Source of the DNA: an uncultured Gammaproteobacteria bacterium
Lineage (GTDB): Bacteria; Pseudomonadota; Gammaproteobacteria; JACCXJ01
NCBI GenBank assembly: GCA_963764725.1
Contig: CAVXTM010000016.1
Coordinates: 224,001 to 288,000 of the forward strand
DNA: 64,000 nt
Reading direction: 5' to 3'
Made by a program: the position numbers and the translations under genes. Below are positions 29,429 through 39,799 of this stretch, piece after piece. The notes below the pieces were generated by a model, which was not told the origin of the DNA, did not search any database, and saw only the letters and a list, made by a program, of their open reading frames with translations. The first letter of the stretch is position 1. Each line of letters begins with the position of its first letter.

Positions 29429-31858
29429 TTACCCGCCCGCGGCCACGTACAGCGGCGTTCTCGCTAACAACTCCGCGCAGGCCTCGGCGCGGAGAGGATG
29501 ACTGAAGAGATATCCCTGCGCTACCTCGCAACGCTGCTCGCGCAGGAACTGGCATTGCGCGTGGGTTTCCACCCCTTCCGCCACCACGCCGATCTTGAGC
29601 TGCTTCGCCATCGCCAGGATCGTCTGAACGATCACCACATCGTCAGCGTCCTCGGGAATGTCGCGCACGAAGGACTGGTCAATCTTGATGCGATCGATAG
29701 GCAGGCGCTTGAGGCAGGAAAGGCTCGAGTACCCGGTGCCGAAGTCATCGACGGTGATCTGGAGGCCCATGCCATGCAACTCACGCAGCACCTTGATGGC
29801 ATGTCCGGGATCGGCCATCAAGGTCGATTCCGTGATCTCGATATCGAGGCTGGGCGCCGCGAGCCCGGAATCCCGCAAGACGGTACCAACCAGCGCCGGG
29901 AGGTCAAACTGCCGGAGGAGTTGACGCACCGAGAGATTCACGGCCATTCGCACCGGCGGCAAGCCGGCCGCCTGCCATGTGCTCGCCTGATTGCAGGCGG
30001 TACGCAGCACCCACTCGCCGATCTCGGCGATAAGCCCCGTCTCCTCGGCGATCGGGATGAACTCATCGGTCGGCACCATCCCCCGCTCGGGATGTTGCCA
30101 GCGCAGCAGCGCCTCGACCCCAACGACCGCATTGCTGCGGAGATCGATCTGGGGCTGGTAGTGCAACGACAACTCTCCGCGCGGGAGCGCGCGCCGCAGG
30201 TGGTTTTCCAGCAACAGCCTTTCATGCGCTTGGGCGTTCATGCGCGCATCGAAGAACTGATATTGCTGGCGGCCTCGGTCCTTGGCCTGGTAAAGGGCGG
30301 TATCGGCGTGCTTAAGCAAGGTCTCCGCGTCCGTCCCATCCTTGGGGAACAGCCCCAGCCCGATGCTGGTGGTCGCGTGCAACTCGTATCCGAACACCGA
30401 GAACGGCACGGACATCGTGTCGAGGGCCTTAGTCGCCACCTGCGCGGCATCGCGCGCCGTGAGAACGTGTGGGAGTAGGATAACGAACTCATCGCCCCCG
30501 AGGCGCGCGACCGTGTCGCCCTCGCGCAGCACCGTACGCAGGCGTAAGGCCACCTGGCGCAGCAGCTCATCCCCGGCCAGGTGGCCCAAGGTGTCGTTGA
30601 TGGTCTTGAAGCGGTCGAGATCGATGTAGAGCACCGCGATCTGGGCACCATCGCGCTCCGCCTGGGCGAGCGCCTGCCTCAGCCGGTCGAGCAGTAACAC
30701 CCGGTTGGGGAGCTCCGTCAACGCATCGTGGTAGGCGAGATGATGGATCTGTACCTCCCGGGAGCGTGCCTGTTCCTCGGCCCGCTTCCGCTCGGTGATG
30801 TCAAGGCAGCCTCCGATGAAACCGGCCAACGCGCCGTCGGGCGAGAAGCGCGGCCCGCCGCTATCGAGTATCCAGCGGTATACCCCATCGCGCCCCTTGA
30901 CCCGGTACTCCAACGTGAAGGCGACACGCGCCTGTAGCGCCTTCTCGTAGCTCCGCCGACAGCCGTCGACATCCTCTGGATGCACCTCCTGCATCCAACC
31001 GTAGCCGATCTCCTCATCGAGCGTGCGGCCGGTAAAGTCGAGCCAGGTCTTGTTGAACCACGTGCAGCGCCCCGCGGGGTCCGCGACCCAGACCATGACC
31101 GGGAGGCTATCGGCCAGGGTGCGAAAACGCGCCTCGCTTTCACGCAGCGCTGCTTCCGTCCGGTAGCGCTCTCCTTGTTCCAGGGCTAGCGCAATGAGGT
31201 TCGCGATCGCAATGCTGAATAAGCGGTCCTCGGGCATCCAGGGCATGGGCGAGCCCGTCCGCTCGTGACAAAGCACTCCCTCGAGGCGGCCATGCACGTG
31301 CACGGGTATATCCATCATCGCGGTGATGCCGAGGGGCCCCAGGTAAGTGGCCGAGAACTCGCACGTGCGCGGATCGCTGTGGGCATCATCGGCGACGATG
31401 GCCTCGCTGGTCGCGAGAGCATGAAAATAAGCCGGGTAGAGCACCGCCTGGAGCTCGGCGCCGGCGCTGTGCCGGTCGGGCCCCAGCTGGTAGAGATCGA
31501 CACAGCGGATAGCCGTTCGATCCTCGCTGTAGCGCCAAAGACTGACGCGCTCGACCCCGAGCGAGCGCGCGGCGGTCTCGGTCAGTAATCGAAACGCTTG
31601 CCCCACGTCCTCACTCTGGAAGACCTGGCCTTTGGTGAGGGCCGTCAGAGCCGCCTGCTGTTCCAGCAGGCGTTCGTGCCGCATGCGGAGGGCGGCCGCC
31701 TCATCATTCGCCGGATCCTCGCGTTCACCGCGTGTAAGCAGGCGGGCGCCAAGGCGCCAGAGCCTACTTAGGATCGATGCTATGCCGCCGCCTGGCCTGC
31801 GATACCTCTTCTGCAACCCGCGCACCCTCTTCCGGACGTGCCCAAGCTCTAGGTTCAA
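29429..31858 (-). CDS. GAF-PAS-GGDEF-EAL diguanylate cyclase/phosphodiesterase
   Basis: GAF (DAHSDPRT), PAS (VHPED), RLGGDEF, VEALLRW and DDFGTGYSSL. Confidence 0.93.
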   Translation of the reverse strand: MNLELGHVRKRVRGLQKRYRRPGGGIASILSRLWRLGARLLTRGEREDPANDEAAALRMRHERLLEQQAALTALTKGQVFQSEDVGQAFRLLTETAARSLGVERVSLWRYSEDRTAIRCVDLYQLGPDRHSAGAELQAVLYPAYFHALATSEAIVADDAHSDPRTCEFSATYLGPLGITAMMDIPVHVHGRLEGVLCHERTGSPMPWMPEDRLFSIAIANLIALALEQGERYRTEAALRESEARFRTLADSLPVMVWVADPAGRCTWFNKTWLDFTGRTLDEEIGYGWMQEVHPEDVDGCRRSYEKALQARVAFTLEYRVKGRDGVYRWILDSGGPRFSPDGALAGFIGGCLDITERKRAEEQARSREVQIHHLAYHDALTELPNRVLLLDRLRQALAQAERDGAQIAVLYIDLDRFKTINDTLGHLAGDELLRQVALRLRTVLREGDTVARLGGDEFVILLPHVLTARDAAQVATKALDTMSVPFSVFGYELHATTSIGLGLFPKDGTDAETLLKHADTALYQAKDRGRQQYQFFDARMNAQAHERLLLENHLRRALPRGELSLHYQPQIDLRSNAVVGVEALLRWQHPERGMVPTDEFIPIAEETGLIAEIGEWVLRTACNQASTWQAAGLPPVRMAVNLSVRQLLRQFDLPALVGTVLRDSGLAAPSLDIEITESTLMADPGHAIKVLRELHGMGLQITVDDFGTGYSSLSCLKRLPIDRIKIDQSFVRDIPEDADDVVIVQTILAMAKQLKIGVVAEGVETHAQCQFLREQRCEVAQGYLFSHPLRAEACAELLARTPLYVAAGG

Positions 31859-31955
31859 CCTTGAAGTATTATAGCGTTTGAGCCAATAGGAAGCTTGTCG
31901 AATCGGCGGCGCGGGTATACCTGCGCCCGCGGTCTACGCCATCCTATACCATTGA

Positions 31956-32639
31956 ATGACATCCACGCTTCCCACGATCGAACGCGCATCCACGATGCCC
32001 TATGCAGCTTCGCCCACGCTTGAAGCCCGCGATCTGTGTTGCCGCCGCGGTGATCGCCTGCTTCTCACCGAGGTCTCCTTTACGCTTGCGTGCGGGGAAA
32101 TCTTGCAGATCACAGGCGCCAACGGCGCCGGTAAAACCACGCTATTGCGGATGATCGCCAGCCTGACGCAACCGGATTCCGGGACGCTCCATTGGCGCGG
32201 CCAACCGCTGGAGAAGGTCCGTTGCGCCTATCTCCGAGATCTCATCTACATTGGCCACGCCGATGGCGTGAAGGGCAGTTTGAGCGTCGCGGAAAACCTC
32301 TCGCTCGCTTCCGCCTTACATGGGGGCGGGATCCCCATCAACGCGGCCTTGCAGCGTTTGGGTCTTGGCGATCTCGCGCATACGCTAACCCACCGGCTGT
32401 CCGCGGGCCAGCGCCGGCGCCTGGCCTTGGCGCGCTTGCTGGTCAACCAAGCCTGCCTGTGGCTTCTGGACGAACCCTTTACCGCCTTGGACAAAACTGC
32501 TATAAAAACGGTGGCCTCGATGCTGGAAGAGCGCGCCGCGCGCGGCGGGCTGGTTATCTTCACGAGCCATCACTCCACCGACATCACAATCAGCCGCGCT
32601 TTGCACCTAGAGGATCAACGGGAATGGAACGAGGACTAG
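31956..32639 (+). CDS. ccmA: Heme exporter ATP-binding subunit
   Basis: GANGAGKTT, LSAGQRRR and LLDEPF; first gene of the ccm operon. Confidence 0.92.
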   Translation: MTSTLPTIERASTMPYAASPTLEARDLCCRRGDRLLLTEVSFTLACGEILQITGANGAGKTTLLRMIASLTQPDSGTLHWRGQPLEKVRCAYLRDLIYIGHADGVKGSLSVAENLSLASALHGGGIPINAALQRLGLGDLAHTLTHRLSAGQRRRLALARLLVNQACLWLLDEPFTALDKTAIKTVASMLEERAARGGLVIFTSHHSTDITISRALHLEDQREWNED

Positions 32640-33304
32640 CGCACGCTTGCGCTTGGATCGTGAAGCGCGATTTGCTCTTGTTCTGGCGGCACCGCGCCGA
32701 GGCCGCCAATCCCGTTCTGTTCTTTTTCGTGATCGCGCTCACATTTCCGCTCGGCCTGGGGCCAGAACCGCAAATGCTCCAGTCCGTGGGCCCCGGCGTG
32801 ATATGGATCGCGGCCTTGCTCGCGACGCTCCTGTCTCTCGAAGCCGTCTTTCGCTCGGACCTCGAGGATGGGAGTCTCGAACAGTTATTGCTGAGCCCGC
32901 ATCCGCTGACACTCCTGGTGATGGCCAAGATATTTTCGCATTGGCTGACGGCCGGCTTGCCTTTATTGCTGCTCGCGCCGATCTTGGGACTGCAATTCGG
33001 GATCGCTTGGTACACGCTCGGCGTGTTGCTGCTGACCTTGATACTCGGCACGCCCGCGCTCAGCCTTATGGGCGCGATTGGGGTGGCGCTGACGGCGGGT
33101 TTGCGCGCGGCCGGGATCCTGGCGACCTTGCTACTCTTACCCCTTTATGTGCCAATCTTGATTTTCGCGACCGGTGCGACCGCCGCCGCGAGCCGCGGCT
33201 TAGCCTGGGGGCCTCAACTTTATATGCTGGGCGCCCTGCTGATGCTCGCCATCACGCTGGCGCCGCTGGCCGCGGCCGCCGCGCTGCGGATCCGCGCTAG
33301 CTGA
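32624..33304 (+). CDS. ccmB: Heme exporter permease
   Basis: FPLGLGPEP, FRSDLEDGSLEQLLL and LPLYVPILIF; ATG at 32624. Confidence 0.92.
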   Translation: MERGLAHACAWIVKRDLLLFWRHRAEAANPVLFFFVIALTFPLGLGPEPQMLQSVGPGVIWIAALLATLLSLEAVFRSDLEDGSLEQLLLSPHPLTLLVMAKIFSHWLTAGLPLLLLAPILGLQFGIAWYTLGVLLLTLILGTPALSLMGAIGVALTAGLRAAGILATLLLLPLYVPILIFATGATAAASRGLAWGPQLYMLGALLMLAITLAPLAAAAALRIRAS

Positions 33305-33307
33305 AAT

Positions 33308-34030
33308 ATGCAGCAGCTACTCGCTCCGAAAAACTTCTACCTCTGGTGCGGGCGTTGGCTGCGGCCCGTGGCCTGGGCCACCGGCTTATGCACACTCACG
33401 GGTCTCTATTGGGGCCTGGTCGTCGCTCCTCCCGATTATCAGCAAGGCGACAGCTACCGGATCATGTTCGTGCATGTCCCGAGCGCGTGGATGTCGCTGT
33501 TCGTTTATGCGGTTATGGCCGGCGCCGGGGCCGTGGCCTTGATCTGGCGGATCAAGATTGCCGAGGTCGTGGCTTCCGCCAGCGCACCAATCGGAGCGGC
33601 CTTTACCGCCTTGGCGTTGATGACCGGTTCGCTGTGGGGGAAGCCCATGTGGGGCACCTGGTGGGTCTGGGATGCGCGGCTTACCTCGGAATTATTGCTG
33701 TTGTTCTTATACCTCGGCTATATGGCCCTGGAGCAGGCCATCGAGGATCGCAGGACCGCGACCCGGGCCGCCGCGGTGCTGGCGCTCGTGGGCGCCGTCG
33801 ATCTGCCGATCATTCACTATTCCGTGGAGTGGTGGCACACCTTGCACCAAGCACCGACGGTCACGCGCTTCGGCGCGCCCGCGATCCATGGGTCCATGCT
33901 CGCGCCCTTGCTCGTCATGGCGCTCGCCTTTGTCGGCTACTATGTGAGTTTGCTGCTCGTGCGTTCGCGCTGCGAATTGCTCGAACGCGAGCGGACCCAC
34001 CCCTGGGTAGGCGAAGTGTTGCGGAGCTAG
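33308..34030 (+). CDS. ccmC: Heme exporter CcmC
   Basis: HVPSAW, WGKPMWGTWWVWDARLTS and WWHTLHQ. Confidence 0.96.
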   Translation: MQQLLAPKNFYLWCGRWLRPVAWATGLCTLTGLYWGLVVAPPDYQQGDSYRIMFVHVPSAWMSLFVYAVMAGAGAVALIWRIKIAEVVASASAPIGAAFTALALMTGSLWGKPMWGTWWVWDARLTSELLLLFLYLGYMALEQAIEDRRTATRAAAVLALVGAVDLPIIHYSVEWWHTLHQAPTVTRFGAPAIHGSMLAPLLVMALAFVGYYVSLLLVRSRCELLERERTHPWVGEVLRS

Positions 34031-34034
34031 CACC

Positions 34035-34235
34035 GTGCGCGAATTCTTTTCGATGGGCGGCTACGAGTTCTATGTCTGGTCCGCGTATGGCGTCGCGGCC
34101 GTCGTTATGCTCGGACTCTTACGGAGCTCCCTGGCCTGGCACCGCCGGCTGACAAGACAACTCAGGAATAAATCACGGCACTCGGTATCCGCACCGCCCG
34201 CCGCGCTCGATAATACCGGCGGGGATTGGAAATGA
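34035..34235 (+). CDS. ccmD: Heme exporter CcmD
   Basis: FFSMGGYEFYVWSAYG; position between ccmC and ccmE. Confidence 0.9.
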   Translation: MREFFSMGGYEFYVWSAYGVAAVVMLGLLRSSLAWHRRLTRQLRNKSRHSVSAPPAALDNTGGDWK

Positions 34236-34666
34236 CACCCCGCAGGCAGAGGATCATCGCGATCACCCTGATCTTGGCGGGCGTCTCCGCCGCGGCCGCC
34301 TTAGGGCTCACCGCCCTGCGCAGCAATATCTTGTTCTTCTATACGCCGACGCAATTGCTCGCCGGCGAAGTGCCTCCGGCCGCACCGATCCGCCTGGGCG
34401 GGCTGGTGCCTAAGGGCAGCGTGAAGCGGACACCCGATAGCCTCAAGATCAGCTTCGATTTGACCGACCAGCAACACACGGTCAGGGTGCGCTACGAGGG
34501 ACTGCTCCCCGATCTGTTCCGGGAAGGCCAAGGCATCGTGGCCCAGGGGCGTCTCGCGGCGGACCAAGTCTTCAATGCAACCGAGGTGCTCGCCAAACAC
34601 GACGAAAACTACATGCCGCCCGAGCTGGCCGCGCACCTTCCCAAAGCCAAGGACAGCGCGCCGTGA
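34232..34666 (+). CDS. ccmE: Heme chaperone CcmE
   Basis: LPDLFREGQG and LAKHDENYMP. Confidence 0.96.
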   Translation: MTPRRQRIIAITLILAGVSAAAALGLTALRSNILFFYTPTQLLAGEVPPAAPIRLGGLVPKGSVKRTPDSLKISFDLTDQQHTVRVRYEGLLPDLFREGQGIVAQGRLAADQVFNATEVLAKHDENYMPPELAAHLPKAKDSAP

Positions 34667-36645
34667 TTCCGGAGCTCGGTCATTTTGCCTTGATCCTGGC
34701 CTTGGTCATCGCCACCCTGCAATTCGCCTTGCCGCTCGCCGGCGCTCAGCTCGTCCAGGTGCGCTGGATGGCGCTCGCGCGCCCCGCCGCGGCGGCCCAG
34801 TGCTTGTTCTCGGCCCTGGCCTTCGGGTGTCTGATCGCGAGCTTTATCGGCAATGATTTCACCGTTGTCTACGTCGCCAATAACTCCAACACGGCGCTTC
34901 CGCTGGCCTACCGCATCGCTGCGGTCTGGGGCGCGCACGAGGGTTCTCTGCTGCTCTGGAGCCTGATCCTGAGCGTTTGGATGGTCGCCGTCGCGCGCTT
35001 CAGCCACGCCATGCCGCTCGCTTTCGTGGCCCGTGTCCTGGCGGTCATGGGGATCATCAACGTGGGGTTCCTATCGTTCATGCTCTTGACCTCCAATCCC
35101 TTCGCTCGCCAGTTTCCCGCTGCCGCCGAGGGCCGCGATCTCAACCCGCTGTTGCAGGACCCAGGGCTGGTGATGCATCCACCTATGCTGTATATGGGTT
35201 ATGTGGGGTTCTCGGTCGCGTTTAGCTTTGCCATCGCGGCTTTGATCGGCGGGCGGCTCGACGCGCCCTGGGCACGCTGGTCGCGTCCGTGGACGCTCAT
35301 GGCGTGGATCTTTCTTACGGTCGGCATCACGCTCGGTAGCTGGTGGGCTTACTATGAGCTCGGATGGGGAGGATGGTGGTTCTGGGATCCGGTCGAAAAC
35401 GCCTCCTTCATGCCCTGGCTCCTCGGAACGGCGTTGATTCATTCTCTCGCCATCACCGATAAACGCGATGCCTTTAAGCGCTGGACTTGTCTTCTGGCGA
35501 TCTGCGCCTTTTCGTTGAGCCTGCTGGGAACGTTTCTGGTGCGCTCCGGCGTATTGACCTCGGTGCACGCCTTCGCCACCGATCCCGAGCGCGGGGTCTA
35601 CATCCTCGGTATCTTAGGGCTTACCGTGGGCGGATCGCTCTTGCTGTACGCCGTCCGAGCCCCGCGGATCGTGGATACCGGACGCTTCAATCCGCTCTCG
35701 CGCGAGGGCCTTCTGCTCATCAATAATTGCGTGCTTGTGGTCGCGGCGGCCGCGGTATTATTGGGCACCCTGTATCCATTGGCGATCGACGCGCTCGGGC
35801 TCGGGAAGATCTCGGTCGGACCTCCGTACTTCGATACGGTCTTCGTGCCGCTGATGCTGCTCTTGGGGCTGACGCTTGGACTGGGTCCGCTGACGCACTG
35901 GAAAAGCCACGGCGGGCGTGAGCTTGCGAATCGGTTGCGGCCCGTAGCCTTCGCCTGCGCCACCGTCGCGATGACCGTCGCTATCGTGCTCGGCCAAGGG
36001 AAGGTGATCTTCACATTTCTCGGTCTCTTCGTGGCGACCTGGGTCCTGCTGAGCACCGCACTCGCGGTACGGGAGCGTTGGGCGCATCAACACACCTTGA
36101 AAGGGATGATGCGCGCGTTATCACCGGGGTTTTCAGGCATGGCATTGGCTCACCTCGGCTTCGCGTTCACGCTGGCGGGGGTGACGATGACCTCGCTCTA
36201 TGGGGCCGAGCGGGATGTGAAGCTTGCCATTGGGGAAACCGCCGAGCTCGGCGGATACCGTTTTCGCATGGAGCGCTTGCGGAGCGTGCAGGGCCCGAAT
36301 TACGACGCGACCGAGGCTAGGATCGTCGCCCTTCGCGGGGAGTCGGTGGTCGCGGAGCTGCAACCGCAGAAAAGGATCTATCGCGTGCAAACCAGCCCGA
36401 TGACCGAAGCCGCCATTGACGCTGGATTCACCCGCGATCTCTATGTGGCCTTGGGGGAGCCGGTCGGTAAAGAGGCTTGGAGCGTACGCATACAGGTGAA
36501 GCCGTGCGTGCGTTGGATCTGGTTGGGCGGGGTGGTCATGGCGCTCGGGGGGATCCTGGCCGCGAGCGATCGGCGCTACCGCTTTGGTCCGCGGGCTGCT
36601 CCCGTGCCGCTCGCCGGCGCTACGATTGCGGAACGGGCCAGCTAA
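34663..36645 (+). CDS. ccmF: Heme lyase CcmF
   Basis: WGAHEGS, HPPMLY, WAYYELGWGGWWFWDPVENAS and SVHAFA. Confidence 0.96.
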   Translation: MIPELGHFALILALVIATLQFALPLAGAQLVQVRWMALARPAAAAQCLFSALAFGCLIASFIGNDFTVVYVANNSNTALPLAYRIAAVWGAHEGSLLLWSLILSVWMVAVARFSHAMPLAFVARVLAVMGIINVGFLSFMLLTSNPFARQFPAAAEGRDLNPLLQDPGLVMHPPMLYMGYVGFSVAFSFAIAALIGGRLDAPWARWSRPWTLMAWIFLTVGITLGSWWAYYELGWGGWWFWDPVENASFMPWLLGTALIHSLAITDKRDAFKRWTCLLAICAFSLSLLGTFLVRSGVLTSVHAFATDPERGVYILGILGLTVGGSLLLYAVRAPRIVDTGRFNPLSREGLLLINNCVLVVAAAAVLLGTLYPLAIDALGLGKISVGPPYFDTVFVPLMLLLGLTLGLGPLTHWKSHGGRELANRLRPVAFACATVAMTVAIVLGQGKVIFTFLGLFVATWVLLSTALAVRERWAHQHTLKGMMRALSPGFSGMALAHLGFAFTLAGVTMTSLYGAERDVKLAIGETAELGGYRFRMERLRSVQGPNYDATEARIVALRGESVVAELQPQKRIYRVQTSPMTEAAIDAGFTRDLYVALGEPVGKEAWSVRIQVKPCVRWIWLGGVVMALGGILAASDRRYRFGPRAAPVPLAGATIAERAS

Positions 36646-36648
36646 GCC

Positions 36649-37194
36649 ATGTTGCGCTATGCGCTGCCGCTGACGGCGTTTGTCCTCCTTATTGCACTGC
36701 TCGTGGTGGGTCTGCGGCGCGATCCGAGGCTCGTCCCCTCCCCGTTTATCGATAATCCCGCCCCCGAATTCGATCTCCCGCAATTGCGCGATCCGGCAAA
36801 GCGCATCAACACCGAAGACTTAAAAGGCATGGCCACCTTGGTCAACGTGTGGGCGAGCTGGTGCGTGGCCTGCCGCGATGAGCACCCTCTGCTCCTCGAT
36901 CTGGCGCGCACGGGTGGACTGCGGATCATCGGATTGAACTATAAGGATGAACGTGAACAAGCGCTCGCCTGGCTGCGGCGCTTGGGCGATCCGTATGAGA
37001 CGATTGCCTATGACGGCGACGGGCGGGCCGCGATCGAGTGGGGCGTCTACGGCGTCCCGGAAAGCTTCCTGGTCGATGCCGGCGGCGTCATTCGCCTAAA
37101 GCACGTGGGACCGCTGACCCCCGAGGTGGTCGAATCGGATCTGCTGCCGCGGCTGCGGGAGACCGGCCCACGCTCCGCAAACGACGCCGAATAA
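36649..37194 (+). CDS. ccmG: Thiol:disulfide interchange protein DsbE/CcmG
   Basis: NVWASWCVACRDEHP and GVYGVPE. Confidence 0.94.
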   Translation: MLRYALPLTAFVLLIALLVVGLRRDPRLVPSPFIDNPAPEFDLPQLRDPAKRINTEDLKGMATLVNVWASWCVACRDEHPLLLDLARTGGLRIIGLNYKDEREQALAWLRRLGDPYETIAYDGDGRAAIEWGVYGVPESFLVDAGGVIRLKHVGPLTPEVVESDLLPRLRETGPRSANDAE

Positions 37195-37197
37195 TCC

Positions 37198-37650
37198 ATG
37201 CGTTGGCTCCTAGTATTGACTTTGACCTATTCGTTTGCCGCGGCGGCCGCCGATCCGGCCGTCTTCGAGTTCAGCGATCCCACGCTCGCGCAACGCTTCC
37301 AAGAGATCACCGGCGAGCTCCGTTGCCTGGTGTGCCAGAATCAATCGCTCGCCGATTCTCACGCGGAACTGGCCGGCGATCTGCGCCGCGAGATCTTCGC
37401 AATGATGCAAGCGGGCCGAACCGATCGGGAGATCCTCGACTTCATGGTAAAACGCTACGGCGAGTTCGTCCTCTATCGGCCTCCCATCACGCTTAAGACC
37501 CTGGCGCTTTGGTTCGGCCCCGCGGTGATTTTATGCGTCGGGATCCTGTTCCTGTTGCGCACCGTGCGCCACCGCCGCGGCCAGTCCCTCACCCTCGCAC
37601 CCGCTGAGCGCGAGCGCGTCGCCAGATTGCTCGGGACGAAAGACCGCTAA
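37198..37650 (+). CDS. ccmH: Cytochrome c biogenesis protein CcmH
   Basis: LRCLVCQNQSLADS and RYGEFVLYRP. Confidence 0.94.
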   Translation: MRWLLVLTLTYSFAAAAADPAVFEFSDPTLAQRFQEITGELRCLVCQNQSLADSHAELAGDLRREIFAMMQAGRTDREILDFMVKRYGEFVLYRPPITLKTLALWFGPAVILCVGILFLLRTVRHRRGQSLTLAPAERERVARLLGTKDR

Positions 37651-37706
37651 CGCTAGCGCCCGGTACGGCCGCCTTTAATTGTTTTGATTTCACGCGCAAA
37701 GGACCC

Positions 37707-38924
37707 GTGATTCTATTCTGGGGCCTCACGGCCGCGATGGTCACCGTGGCATTGGGATTGATATTGGCGCCGCTAGTGCGCCGGAGCGAGTTACCCGGCC
37801 GTGATCCTCAGGAAGCGGCGCTCTCGGTTTACCGCCAACGCTTCCAGGAGCTAGGCGATGATCTCGGGCGCGGATCGCTGACCCAAGCGCAGTTCGAGGA
37901 GGCCCGGGAAGAACTTGAGACGGCACTCGCGGGGGACCTGCCCGCGGAGACGATCCCGCCGCAGGCACGGGAACTTCCGCGCAATTGGCGCACCGCCCTG
38001 GCCGTTTCCATCGCGGTGCCGATCCTCTCGGCCGGCGGCTATCTGTGGCTCGGCGCTACCGAAGAGCTTGCTACCGCGATGCGCCAGACCGAGGACGAGG
38101 CAAACCGCCGCCAACATTTGCAAGAAGCGATCGCAACGCTCGAGTCGCGGCTTAGCGCCGACCCCGATCTTGGTGAAGGCTGGCTGTTGCTCGGGCGTAC
38201 CTATCTCGCGCTCGCTGAACCCGTGAAAGCAACAGCAGCGCTCGCCCGGGCGCACCGGCTTCTCGGTGATAATGCCGATCTCCTCATCGATTATGCGCGC
38301 GCGGTCGCGATGTCGGACGGCGGCCGGCTGGATGGCCAAGCTGCCGAATTGATCGAACGCGCGCTCAAGCTCGAACCCGAACACCCGGGAGCACTGTGGC
38401 TGGCGGCGGCGGCGAGCATCGACCGTGGCGCTAACGCCGAGGCGCGCAGCTATTTGCAGCGGCTCGCGCAGCAGTTACCTCCGGGGAGTGAGCAGGAGCG
38501 CTTGGTGCGCGTGCAGCTCGAGCAACTAGGCGAAGACGGCGCCCGAACCTCCATGAGCGTAAAAGACGCGGTGCGGCTCGAAGTCCAGGTGGCACTGGAC
38601 AAATCCTTGGCAGAGCAGATTGGTCCCGACACGACAGTCTTCGTGTTCGCCCGTGCAACTCAGGGTCCGCGAATGCCTTTGGCTATCGCACGTATCCGCG
38701 CTCAGGACCTCCCTGCGACGGTCGTCCTCGACGACTCGCAGGCCATGACCCCGGAGATGAAGCTATCGAACTTCGATGAAGTCGTGGTCGGCGCCCGCGC
38801 CTCCCTTTCAGGTGAAGCACGCGCGCAAAGCGGCGACCTCGAGGGATACACGCCGAACGCCATCTCGCTCACGGAACGCCCGAGCGCACCGATCGCTGTG
38901 ACTATTGACCGCATCGTGCCTTAA
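37707..38924 (+). CDS. ccmI: Cytochrome c biogenesis TPR protein CcmI/CycH
   Basis: N-terminal TM helices, TPR-like helices (GWLLLGRTY) and C-terminal VFVFARA...PLA...LDDSQAM domain. Confidence 0.9.
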   Translation: MILFWGLTAAMVTVALGLILAPLVRRSELPGRDPQEAALSVYRQRFQELGDDLGRGSLTQAQFEEAREELETALAGDLPAETIPPQARELPRNWRTALAVSIAVPILSAGGYLWLGATEELATAMRQTEDEANRRQHLQEAIATLESRLSADPDLGEGWLLLGRTYLALAEPVKATAALARAHRLLGDNADLLIDYARAVAMSDGGRLDGQAAELIERALKLEPEHPGALWLAAAASIDRGANAEARSYLQRLAQQLPPGSEQERLVRVQLEQLGEDGARTSMSVKDAVRLEVQVALDKSLAEQIGPDTTVFVFARATQGPRMPLAIARIRAQDLPATVVLDDSQAMTPEMKLSNFDEVVVGARASLSGEARAQSGDLEGYTPNAISLTERPSAPIAVTIDRIVP

Positions 38925-39200
38925 CGACAAGCATGTGCTTTCCTGACTTCTGTGACAACGGGGCGTGGACCCACCCGTGATCGGCGGGAAAAACGCCACT
39001 TCGTCTCCGTCATGGACCGGCGCCGCGAGAGTCGCATAGTCCTGGTTAACGGCGATCAGAATATTCGCGGGTAGTGGCATACCGTGGCTCACGCGCGTCC
39101 AGACATCTTGGACCGTCATGCCCGGCGCGGCCTGCACGCGTTCCTCATTGCGCCCGAGGCGTTCCCTCAGGCTTGCGAAGAATTTGACTGTGATCGACAC
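38808..39200 (-). CDS. moaD: Molybdopterin synthase sulfur carrier with an extension after the Gly-Gly motif
   Basis: [11 protein letters not shown]...AVNQDY...[13 protein letters not shown], with no stop after GG. Confidence 0.85.
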   Translation of the reverse strand: MSITVKFFASLRERLGRNEERVQAAPGMTVQDVWTRVSHGMPLPANILIAVNQDYATLAAPVHDGDEVAFFPPITGGSTPRCHRSQESTCLSLRHDAVNSHSDRCARAFRERDGVRRVSLEVAALRACFT

Positions 39201-39312
39201 CTATGCTCTCCTTCTTGCCACTGGCATCACGTCGATCGAGTTCCATGATTTCCAACCACAGGCTCGTGATAACGGCTTCCTCAATGGCCGCCGTAACAGT
39301 ATAGTACGGACC

Positions 39313-39786
39313 ATGTCGAAACTTTCGCATTTTAATCGCCACGGGGAAGCCCAGATGGTAGACATCACGGCTAAAGCGGTGACCCACCGGATCGCCATCG
39401 CCGAAGGGACCATCGCGATGAATCGGGAAACGCTGACGATGGTTCAGGAAGGTCTCCACAAGAAAGGGGACGTGCTCGGCATTGCAAGAATCGCCGGGAT
39501 CATGGCGGCTAAAAAAACCGCCGATCTTATCCCGCTCTGCCACTCGCTTCCTCTGACACACATCGAAATCAGTTTTTTCCTAGATGCCACGGCAAACGCA
39601 GTAAGGTGCGAGTCGAAGGTAGAAACGAGCGCGCAGACTGGCGTTGAGATGGAGGCGTTGACGGCCGTGCAGGTGGCGTTGCTGACCGTCTATGACATGT
39701 GCAAATCCGTGGATCGCGGCATGAGCATCTCGGGCATACGCTTACTTGAAAAAATGGGCGGCAAGTCGGGACACTGGCGCCGCTAA
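39313..39786 (+). CDS. moaC: Cyclic pyranopterin monophosphate synthase
   Basis: LSHF...[29 protein letters not shown] and EKMGGKSG. Confidence 0.96.
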   Translation: MSKLSHFNRHGEAQMVDITAKAVTHRIAIAEGTIAMNRETLTMVQEGLHKKGDVLGIARIAGIMAAKKTADLIPLCHSLPLTHIEISFFLDATANAVRCESKVETSAQTGVEMEALTAVQVALLTVYDMCKSVDRGMSISGIRLLEKMGGKSGHWRR

Positions 39787-39799
39787 TTTGCCAACGTAG

